A stretch of 56,488 nt of DNA, from NCBI GenBank assembly GCA_018819065.1, contig JAHJQL010000062.1, forward strand, positions 1 to 56,488, read 5' to 3'. Both the position numbers and the translations under genes were made by a program. Below are positions 47,621 to 55,304 of this stretch, piece after piece (position 1 is the first letter of the stretch; each line of letters opens with the position of its first letter). This DNA is from Nanobdellota archaeon. GTDB lineage: Archaea > Nanobdellota > Nanobdellia > Woesearchaeales > GCA-2686295. The notes under the pieces were generated by a model that made no database searches, was not told the origin of the DNA, and saw nothing but the letters and a program-made list of their open reading frames with translations.

Positions 47621-48107
47621 AGCTGGTGAAGGCGAGGGTAAGTGGCTGCTTGAGATGATTCCAAAACTAATATTCCTTGGAATAGCAATAACTGTGATAA
47701 TAGTGTTTACCGCACTTTTCATCATGAATAACTTAAGAACTGATGATTTGGAGATTGACGTCTTTTTAAACAAACTAATATATTCTAAAAACACCATATC
47801 ATACTATGATTCTATGACTGGAAGGACTTACCTTGGAATAATCGACCCAAACAAACTAACAGAGAAAAACTTAAACGAATCAATGGAGTATAACGGTACT
47901 ATGTACGCTGCAAAGATAACCCTTGGAAGCCAAGAAGCTTACTATTTAAAATCAAGGTATCTAAACCTTGAAGGACTGGCCAAAGCAAAAATTAAAGGTC
48001 CAGGAGGGGCAGATTACAGGTTTAAAAAATTTGAAGTTGGAGTGATGGATAACAACGTCTTAAGAACAGAGACTATTAAGATTGAAATGATAAAGGCAAG
48101 AACATGA
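47613..48107 (+). CDS. N-terminally anchored small protein, hypothetical
   Basis: GGAGG about 8 nt upstream of the ATG at 47613. MDEAGEGEGKWLLEMIPKLIFLGIAITVIIVFTALFI. There is no [KR]G-Q tip. It overlaps the previous stop. Confidence 0.55.
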   Translation: MDEAGEGEGKWLLEMIPKLIFLGIAITVIIVFTALFIMNNLRTDDLEIDVFLNKLIYSKNTISYYDSMTGRTYLGIIDPNKLTEKNLNESMEYNGTMYAAKITLGSQEAYYLKSRYLNLEGLAKAKIKGPGGADYRFKKFEVGVMDNNVLRTETIKIEMIKART

Positions 48108-48643
48108 TTAAAGGCAAAAAAGGGCAAGAAATGATTGTTGACATATTCTCATATTTATTATTCATAATAATAATTTTAACATTCATAATCTTACTGTTTC
48201 ACCAAGAAAAAGAAACCAGAAAGAACATCGCAACAGGCGTAAGAGCTGATTTTTACGAGACCAGACTCTTAATACTCATGAGACAACCAATCACTGGGAC
48301 TTATCAAACATTTGCGGAGATGATTATTGATTCACCATATAATGATTATAAAAAAGATTTTGTTTCAAAAGAAATAACAAACACTTTTGACAAAGAATGG
48401 GGTGAATGGTGGGACTTTACAGTATACACTCAAAAACCATTAGGAAGAGAACAAAAAAAATGGGATACTGGTTATAGCTTTACTGGACAAGCAGCTGTTA
48501 ATATCTTAAAAAACTTTATCGCCATGGCAGTAGGAAGCAAAATACCACTACCCTTATCTTATCCTGTTGAAATTTCAGTAACTCTTCCAGGTCATAACAA
48601 CGAAAATATAATTGTGAAATTCAGATATTGGATGATTGCATAG
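48104..48643 (+). CDS. class III signal peptide (pilin-like) protein
   Basis: 179 aa. MIKGKKGQ-EMIVDIFSYLLFIIIILTFIILLF. ATGA overlap with the previous gene. Confidence 0.7.
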   Translation: MIKGKKGQEMIVDIFSYLLFIIIILTFIILLFHQEKETRKNIATGVRADFYETRLLILMRQPITGTYQTFAEMIIDSPYNDYKKDFVSKEITNTFDKEWGEWWDFTVYTQKPLGREQKKWDTGYSFTGQAAVNILKNFIAMAVGSKIPLPLSYPVEISVTLPGHNNENIIVKFRYWMIA

Positions 48644-48653
48644 GTATAAAAAA

Positions 48654-51600
48654 ATGAATAAGAAAGGACAAATATTTGTGTTGATGATTTCGATATTCAT
48701 GGGAATAGCATTATTCACCATATTCATAAGTTTAAATAACAAATACTCTGCGGCAAGAGTAGCCAGCACAAGCATAGGCAGTAGTGCATCAGCAGTGATT
48801 AACACTTATCAAAAACAAGAAGCAGCACTGCTCTACCTTGACTTATCAGCACAGCAAGCGCTTCAAAAAAGCCTGTATGACCTTGGAGAAAACGGTGGCT
48901 TTGACCTCGCAGAATGCGGAAGTTCAATATACCCACTATGGAACACCCACGACAAGAACTGCATCCCAGACTATGAAGAAAACCTAAAAAAACTCTTCAA
49001 GCCAGAACTTGAAAACAGAACAAGCAAATTTAATGATGTACAATTTGCAAAAGACTACGAATTCACTGTAAATCCCTCTAACGGACAAGTCGAAATAATG
49101 GGGTTGACTAGTGAGAAGATAACACTCGCGGTTGCTAAAGACTCCAAAGTAAAGCAAGTAACTTCTTCACAAACAACTGGACAACTACAAACAACATACA
49201 AACTTTATGAGTCAGTAAAAAACAAAGTTAATACTTTTGACTCAACAATCCAAGAAGCTGCAAAGAAATACGATCTCCCACCAACAGTACTCAAAGCACA
49301 AATCGCTGTAGAATCTAGCGGAGATCCGAAAATCATTAATCATCTTGGATGTGCAGGTCTTGGCCAGTTTTGTACAATCAGCGGAACGGCACAACAATAT
49401 TTCGGAACAAATAACGTTGTAGTCATAGAAAAGGAGCCTAAATGTCAAAAAACAGGTAATTTTTACAAATGTGATACAACAATATACTCTAAAGACGATC
49501 GTTTTGTTCCCGCAAAGATGATTGAAGCACAAGCAAAATATCTCAAAGAATTATCTGACAGGTATAAAAAAAAAGGATACACAGATTACTTTGCATTTGG
49601 CCTCGCAGCTTATAACAGAGGAGCCGGAAATATTGATAACGATATAATTAAAACCGGCAAGGATGACCCTTCGTGGGCAGATATTTCTCTTGTTTCCGGA
49701 TTTCCTGTTGAAGCAAAAAATTATGTCCCAAAAATAAATGAATACAACCTTCAATGGGGAGAGGGCGGAAAGGATATAAGTCTTGGATATGGATATATTG
49801 GAGGGTACGATGCAGTGATTGGCACTTTTGAATTCGAGCAAAACTTCAAAGCAACGGAAGGCTACAACTTAACAGTTTATGAAGAGCTTAAAACGTTTGT
49901 CAAAGACGCGCTTAGAGACTGTGATAACGCCGTTGATGATTGCATAGAGATTAAAAGAACAGATTTTAACTCAAAACACAGCGAACAAATTGTTTATATG
50001 AGTGATTGCGAGGAAGGAACTACTAAAATTCTTTATGACTTTGCAGAGAATATAATTGATTGCGGAGACACTACTAGTGATAATTGTAAGTGCAAGGTTA
50101 ATGAGGATTATAGTGCTTCAACAGTTGCTTCGATTCAGGGAAAATATCTTTTCTCTGCAAAATTTCACGAGTTCAAGTTTGGTGGAGGTACAAATCTTGA
50201 TCAAAAACCAATACATTGGGTGAACGACCTTAACAACACCTTTAACAAATCTTTTGAAGATGAGATGAACAGGATAATTGATTCCTTTGAAGAGAATACA
50301 GGGGTTGAAATCGCAATTATAAGCATCCAGTCTACCAGTGATATAGAGAATGAAGGTAAAAGCTTTTTTAATTATTGGGGTGTTGGAAAGAAAGATGAGA
50401 AGAATGGGATACTAATCATCGTATCGACAAATCCAGAAGCGTCAACTATCATACTTGGTGAAGGATTAAACAAAATCATAACAAACGATGTGCTTTCTCA
50501 AATGAAAACAAAATTAGCATCCAGCCTAAGTAACAAAAAGGTTGAGGTTGGAATTACAGAAGTGGTCAACACAATAATTACGAAAGTCAAGACTAAGTAT
50601 GAAGAGGAAGACTTTAAAAAAAAGTCTCCTGAGAGATACGACCTTGAACTTAAAGGAGATAAAGATTTAATTAGTGTGAAAGCAAAGACTTACCACATCA
50701 ACTGGTTGCCTTTGACTAAAAATCAATATGGATACAGCTACTCATTTTTTTATAAGGATACTGGTAAGTTTGACTTTGCAAGCATTAAATTCATAGACAA
50801 ACAAGGGGGAGTGCATGAAATTTCTAATTTTAAAAACCTTTCCCTGCTAAAGAAAAAAGATAATTTTTCATTCATAATGAGCAATGATAATGGAAAAGTA
50901 ATGAATGAGACTAATGAAGAAATAACCCCTCCAAGTGACAACTGCGAACCTGCAAAGAGCATATTTAGGATGTGTCTGAAAACCAATAATAAACTGCCAG
51001 TGATGGAGGATAATAAGTTACAATATAAAGAATCAAAGATAAAATTCGCACTTAACCTGATTGACAAGGTTCCACCAGAAAAAGCAGAGAACTTAGAGTT
51101 TGTGTGGCTATCTGACATACAAAGGGTGTTGATAACTTGGGAAGAGAAAAAGACAGTAGACATGGCTACTTATTATGAAATATTCTACTCAGACAAAGCG
51201 TTCACTACGCCAACCACTAATCTTTGGCTTGCAACAGTCTATAAAAAGGTTAATATAACTGGTAATTCAAGTTACGACCGATTAAGAGAAGGAAAATCAG
51301 GCAATCCACCAGTGCAACCAATCACTCCTAACATACCAACGTCTCCAGTCACACCACCAACAGCTGATGACGAAGATGCAGATAAACTAAGTACAGTGGT
51401 TGATAACTTCGTTGATACTTCACAAAGTGATCCTAACTCGCCAAGCAACCTTCTTAAAATACTTCATAACAACACTTTATACTTTGAAGACCCTCAAACA
51501 GGAAAACCTCATTATAGAAAATATTATTTACTAATTAAAAAAGACTCAATAATCCAAGAAGCTGATAAATCAAAAACAAACCTAGAATACCACTTTGGAA

Positions 51601-52178
51601 TTGTTGGATCAGATAAATATGGAAACAAAATCATTGAAAAGATAGAAATATTAAAAATACCAATCTCAAACTTGTGCGGAGCAGTAGTTGAGTACGCTAA
51701 AGAATATATAGGAACAGGCTACATTCCCAAACGAGAATTTTATAATGGATGGAGTATCTGCAAAGCAAGTGACGCGAATAAAAGATTATGTAGGACTCAA
51801 TGCGGATCTTTTGTCACAAATGCTTTTAGATACGCACCAGATACGGGATTAACAGACTCAGAGTTACCAAAAGGTGATGGAAGTAAAAAATGTGCTGGAC
51901 CAAATGTAAAGTACCGTTTTTCAAATTCTGAAGAGCTACAACCAGGAGACATATTCTCTGTGATTGGAGGCGAAGGCCACACAGGAATATATATTGGTGT
52001 GGGAACTTTAAGCGATAAAGCACAAAATAAAAACTGTTTCTTAAAATTCACTCCTGACAACAATGGTGAACAAGTCTTCATACATTCTATAGAGCCTGTT
52101 TGTTATAATACTTTAGAACAACTAGAAACAATGGGATACAAAATTAATCGCTATTGTAGAGTTAATGCTTGCGCTTGA
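48654..52178 (+). CDS. pilin-like-signal multidomain cell-wall hydrolase: lytic transglycosylase (SLT) + TPM domain + FN3-like + NlpC/P60 peptidase
   Basis: MNKKGQ-IFVLMISIFMGIALFTIFISL. SLT motifs AVESSGDP, GLGQF and AAYNRGAGN. TPM motifs GVEIAIISIQS...NGILIIVS...IILGEGL. Pro-rich linker. NlpC/P60 motifs QCGSFVTNAF...GHTGIYIG...FIHS. Confidence 0.85.
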   Translation: MNKKGQIFVLMISIFMGIALFTIFISLNNKYSAARVASTSIGSSASAVINTYQKQEAALLYLDLSAQQALQKSLYDLGENGGFDLAECGSSIYPLWNTHDKNCIPDYEENLKKLFKPELENRTSKFNDVQFAKDYEFTVNPSNGQVEIMGLTSEKITLAVAKDSKVKQVTSSQTTGQLQTTYKLYESVKNKVNTFDSTIQEAAKKYDLPPTVLKAQIAVESSGDPKIINHLGCAGLGQFCTISGTAQQYFGTNNVVVIEKEPKCQKTGNFYKCDTTIYSKDDRFVPAKMIEAQAKYLKELSDRYKKKGYTDYFAFGLAAYNRGAGNIDNDIIKTGKDDPSWADISLVSGFPVEAKNYVPKINEYNLQWGEGGKDISLGYGYIGGYDAVIGTFEFEQNFKATEGYNLTVYEELKTFVKDALRDCDNAVDDCIEIKRTDFNSKHSEQIVYMSDCEEGTTKILYDFAENIIDCGDTTSDNCKCKVNEDYSASTVASIQGKYLFSAKFHEFKFGGGTNLDQKPIHWVNDLNNTFNKSFEDEMNRIIDSFEENTGVEIAIISIQSTSDIENEGKSFFNYWGVGKKDEKNGILIIVSTNPEASTIILGEGLNKIITNDVLSQMKTKLASSLSNKKVEVGITEVVNTIITKVKTKYEEEDFKKKSPERYDLELKGDKDLISVKAKTYHINWLPLTKNQYGYSYSFFYKDTGKFDFASIKFIDKQGGVHEISNFKNLSLLKKKDNFSFIMSNDNGKVMNETNEEITPPSDNCEPAKSIFRMCLKTNNKLPVMEDNKLQYKESKIKFALNLIDKVPPEKAENLEFVWLSDIQRVLITWEEKKTVDMATYYEIFYSDKAFTTPTTNLWLATVYKKVNITGNSSYDRLREGKSGNPPVQPITPNIPTSPVTPPTADDEDADKLSTVVDNFVDTSQSDPNSPSNLLKILHNNTLYFEDPQTGKPHYRKYYLLIKKDSIIQEADKSKTNLEYHFGIVGSDKYGNKIIEKIEILKIPISNLCGAVVEYAKEYIGTGYIPKREFYNGWSICKASDANKRLCRTQCGSFVTNAFRYAPDTGLTDSELPKGDGSKKCAGPNVKYRFSNSEELQPGDIFSVIGGEGHTGIYIGVGTLSDKAQNKNCFLKFTPDNNGEQVFIHSIEPVCYNTLEQLETMGYKINRYCRVNACA
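49236..49680 (+). other. SLT-type lytic transglycosylase domain (approximate bounds)
   Basis: LKAQIAVESSGDPKII (Glu codon 49311-49313), AGLGQF and GLAAYNRGAGNID. Confidence 0.75.
50240..50620 (+). other. TPM-domain (approximate bounds)
   Basis: FEDEMNRIIDSFEENTGVEIAIISIQSTSDIENEGKSFFNYWGVGKKDEKNGILIIVSTNPEASTIILGEGLNKIITND. Confidence 0.65.
51690..52160 (+). other. NlpC/P60 cysteine peptidase domain (approximate bounds)
   Basis: AVVEYAKEYIGTGY..., catalytic-type Cys in QCGSFV (51801-51803), LQPGDIF, His in GHTGIYIG (51978-51980), then FIHS. Confidence 0.75.
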
Positions 52179-52235
52179 TAACAACAAACTTTTTAAAGGT
52201 TTAACCACCATCAAAATATAGGGGGAATAATATTT

Positions 52236-53339
52236 ATGATTACCATACCTTTAGCTGATATTAAATCTAAAATTAAGGAACAAAAAGGACTTTCTGATGA
52301 GGATATTAAGAAGAGAATAAAAGCTAAGCTTGAACAACTATCAGGGCTTATTTCTGAAGAGGGGGCAGCTCACATAATCGCTAATGAGCTTGGTGTAAAG
52401 CTCATTCCAAGTGGTGAAAAGATAAGTGTAAAAAACATCCTTGCAGGCATGAGAAACGTTGAAGTAACTGGCAAAGTTACTAGAAAGTTCGAGGTAAGAG
52501 AATTTTCTAAAGGAGAGAGAACAGGAAAGGTTGCTAACTTAATGGTTTCTGACGAGACTGGTTTTATAAGAGTAGTTTTTTGGAATGACCAGACAAAGAA
52601 GTTTGACGAGATAAAAGAAGGCGACATCGTAAAGATTCAGAACGGATATGTAAGAGAGAATAATGGTCGAAAAGAGATTCACTTAAATGACCAGGCAGGA
52701 ATAACAATTAATCCAGAGGGTGTTGTTGTCAAGGATGTAAAAGAATCAGTCCAGCGAAAGAAGCTTTCAGAGTTAAAAGAGGGAGATGACAACGTAGAGG
52801 TTATTGCAACAATAGTTCAAGTGTTTGACTTAAGATTCTTCGAAATTGATTCTGAAACTGGTAGAAGGGTCATAGAGAAAGAGGGAAAGTTTTACCTTGG
52901 AGAAAAAGAAGTTACGAATCCTACGTATGGCTACGTGCTAAACATTTTTTTAGATGATGGAACTGAGAATATTAGGACTGTTCTTTGGAAGAACCAGATA
53001 CAAAACCTTCTTGGACTAAGCAACGAGGAAATACTAAAATTTAAGAGTCAACCTGCAAACTTTGAACCTTTAAAGACTGAACTTTTAGGGATGATTGTCA
53101 AAGTTGTTGGAAGAACAAACTTAAACCAAGCTTTTGACAGGCTAGAATTGGTTGCAAACCTCATTTATAGAGACGTTGACCCTGAAGAAGAGATAAAAAA
53201 TCTAAAGAAAGAGTCTAAGCCAGAGCCAAAAATCCAAAAGAAAGAAGAAGCACCAGATAAAGATGATGAAAAAGAAAGTAATACTTCAGAGGATGATGGG
53301 TTTCTTTCAATAGAAGACTTGGAAGACATAGACAGATAA
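52236..53339 (+). CDS. rpa: replication protein A-like ssDNA-binding protein (multiple OB folds, acidic tail)
   Basis: 367 aa. N-terminal helical domain, then OB-fold strings NVEVTGKVTRKFEVREFSK..GKVANLMVSDETGFIRVVFWNDQ and VEVIATIVQVFD. Acidic C-terminus ...SEDDGFLSIEDLEDIDR. Confidence 0.8.
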   Translation: MITIPLADIKSKIKEQKGLSDEDIKKRIKAKLEQLSGLISEEGAAHIIANELGVKLIPSGEKISVKNILAGMRNVEVTGKVTRKFEVREFSKGERTGKVANLMVSDETGFIRVVFWNDQTKKFDEIKEGDIVKIQNGYVRENNGRKEIHLNDQAGITINPEGVVVKDVKESVQRKKLSELKEGDDNVEVIATIVQVFDLRFFEIDSETGRRVIEKEGKFYLGEKEVTNPTYGYVLNIFLDDGTENIRTVLWKNQIQNLLGLSNEEILKFKSQPANFEPLKTELLGMIVKVVGRTNLNQAFDRLELVANLIYRDVDPEEEIKNLKKESKPEPKIQKKEEAPDKDDEKESNTSEDDGFLSIEDLEDIDR

Positions 53340-53356
53340 ATTCTACAAAACAATCT

Positions 53357-53803
53357 TTATAAAAGGATTATTGCAAGATATACGTTGCACAACACAAGTA
53401 TTAAGTCTATCACTAATTCAAAAAGTCCTCCACTAACAAAAAAACCCTTTATTCTCCTATCAAACCAGAAAATAGAAACACCCCTCTTAGTAAAAGAGTC
53501 CAAAACTAAGTGAAAAAAAGCCCCTCCAAAAAATGCCAACGCATAAACAAATCCAAAAAAGAGATACAAAAGCAAAGAAAAAAAGACTGTTGGATACAAT
53601 GAATGAAAAAATCCCCTATGAGAAAAGAGCCAAGAAACAACCTTGACTTTTCGACCAATAATAGACGACGACTCGTCAATGTCAGGAAAAAGAGAGCCAA
53701 GCAAAACTAAAGCGACAAACAAAAAAGTGTACTCTATAAAAAAAATGTTTAAAGCTAACAAAGACAAAAGCAGTCCAAACAACAAGTGAGTCCTCCCAAG
53801 CAT
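53357..53803 (-). CDS. membrane-bound metal-dependent hydrolase, YdjM/DUF457-like
   Basis: 148 aa. MLGRTHLLFG..., FPDIDE, HRGFFHS and HLVLDSFTKRGV. Confidence 0.7.
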   Translation of the reverse strand: MLGRTHLLFGLLLSLLALNIFFIEYTFLFVALVLLGSLFPDIDESSSIIGRKVKVVSWLFSHRGFFHSLYPTVFFSLLLYLFFGFVYALAFFGGAFFHLVLDSFTKRGVSIFWFDRRIKGFFVSGGLFELVIDLILVLCNVYLAIILL

Positions 53804-53856
53804 AAATATTCAAAATATAAAAAAGATTTATAAAATTTGATATTAAATAAGTATTT

Positions 53857-54762
53857 GTGAAGACATTACTCATAATAAACCCAAAAGCAGGAATACAAAA
53901 AAAGAAGCTAGGTGAATTAAAGGAAAAACTATTTTTAGAAGAAGAAAATCAGTTAGAACGGGAAATAAAAACTTTTTTTGAAAAACACAAATTACACCTC
54001 GATATAAAAAGAACAAAAAAAGCAGGCGACGCAACAAGAATAGCGAAGACATCAAAAGATTACGATGCAATAATAGCAGCCGGAGGCGACGGCACTGTAA
54101 ATGAAGTGATAAACGGGCTTGAAAACTATGAAACAAAAATAGGCATAATCCCCCTTGGCTCTGAAAACGTGATGGCAAAAGAGCTAAAAATACCCTTAAA
54201 AGTCAAACGCGCCTGTGAAATCATCATAAAAGGAAAAACAAAAGACGTAGATGTTGGATTAGCAAACAAGAAGAAGTTCTTATTCGTATCAGGAATAGGC
54301 TTTGATGCAAATGCGATCACAAATGTGCAGCCAAAAATAAAACAAATACTAGGAAAACACTCTTACGCAGTAGCCGCTCTAAAGACACTCTTTGAACATA
54401 ACCCTGAAGAACTAATAATCACAATAAACAAAAAAGAAGTTGTAAAAGGATATTTTGTCATAATAAGCAACACGAAGAGATATGGTGGAAAGCTAATGCT
54501 GACACCAGATGCTGAATTAGATGATGGATTCTTAGATTTATGCGTTTTCAAAAATAAAGATATCTGGAGCATGATAAAATACTTGCTAAGCGCTCGAGCA
54601 GGACAGATAAAAAAGATAAAAGACATAGAACATTATAAGATAAAAACAGCACACATAAAATCAAAGAAAAAAGTGTTGTTTCACACAGATGCAGAGATAG
54701 GAGGCACAACACCTGTAAATATAAAAGTTCTCCCTCGACAAATAAAACTAATAGTTCCATAA
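53857..54762 (+). CDS. diacylglycerol-kinase-family lipid kinase (YegS/BmrU-like)
   Basis: 301 aa with a GTG start. LIINPKAG, IIAAGGDGTVNEVINGL and IGIIPLGSENVMAKEL. Confidence 0.85.
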   Translation: MKTLLIINPKAGIQKKKLGELKEKLFLEEENQLEREIKTFFEKHKLHLDIKRTKKAGDATRIAKTSKDYDAIIAAGGDGTVNEVINGLENYETKIGIIPLGSENVMAKELKIPLKVKRACEIIIKGKTKDVDVGLANKKKFLFVSGIGFDANAITNVQPKIKQILGKHSYAVAALKTLFEHNPEELIITINKKEVVKGYFVIISNTKRYGGKLMLTPDAELDDGFLDLCVFKNKDIWSMIKYLLSARAGQIKKIKDIEHYKIKTAHIKSKKKVLFHTDAEIGGTTPVNIKVLPRQIKLIVP

Positions 54763-54907
54763 CACTGGACACTGGACAACTTTGCGCAGAGTATATAAAC
54801 AACCAAAAAATAACACTATTGTTGCAAAACTGCAACGCCCCGACTCTTAGCTCAAAAAAAAGCTAGGGGTTGAAATAAAAAGCGAAAAGCAATCGGAGGC
54901 GATTGAA

Positions 54908-55195
54908 ATGGAAAAAATAGGAAAAAAAGTTAGTTCTGGGAATAACACCCCATACAAAAAGTTTAGAGCTGGCGCAATAGTCGCGACAGTCTGGGAAAAC
55001 GAAAACACCAACAAAGAAGGCCAAAAAATAGCCTATAAAACTGTTTCTTTTGAAAGAAGCTACAAAGACAAGAATGATAATTGGCAGACAACCAACAGCT
55101 TAAGAACAAACGACTTACCAAAAGCAATACTAGTTCTTACAAAAGCATTTGAGCTCTTGTCGTTGTCAGACAACGGTTCAAGCGAGGAAGACTAA
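54908..55195 (+). CDS. small conserved-looking protein with acidic tail; possible PC4/YdbC-like ssDNA-binding fold (weak)
   Basis: 95 aa. GGAGG Shine-Dalgarno-like element 7 nt upstream. ...KFRAGAIVATVWENE..GQKIAYKTVSFERSYKDKNDNWQTTNSLRTNDLPKAILVLTKAFELL...SSEED. It lies between the RPA and radA genes. Confidence 0.6.
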   Translation: MEKIGKKVSSGNNTPYKKFRAGAIVATVWENENTNKEGQKIAYKTVSFERSYKDKNDNWQTTNSLRTNDLPKAILVLTKAFELLSLSDNGSSEED

Positions 55196-55304
55196 ACCCC
55201 TTCCTCAAAAAAAAGTTTTTCGACAACAAACGAAGAAAACTCGAAAAGAACAGCCAAATCTTTATTAATAATAAGATAATAAACAAAAGAAAGGTGGTAT
55301 TATA

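Noticed and set aside
22095-52178. The island being bacterial DNA mis-binned or chimerically joined to an archaeal contig, given the bacterial-type SLT/NlpC-P60/TSP3 domains
   Set aside because: Base composition, the TATA-box and leaderless start style, and the [KR]G-Q archaeal class III signals are continuous with the flanking archaeal core genes on both sides (the r-protein operon at 17.9-21.9 kb, and RPA/RadA at 52.2-56.3 kb). Coverage and read-pair checks are still advisable.
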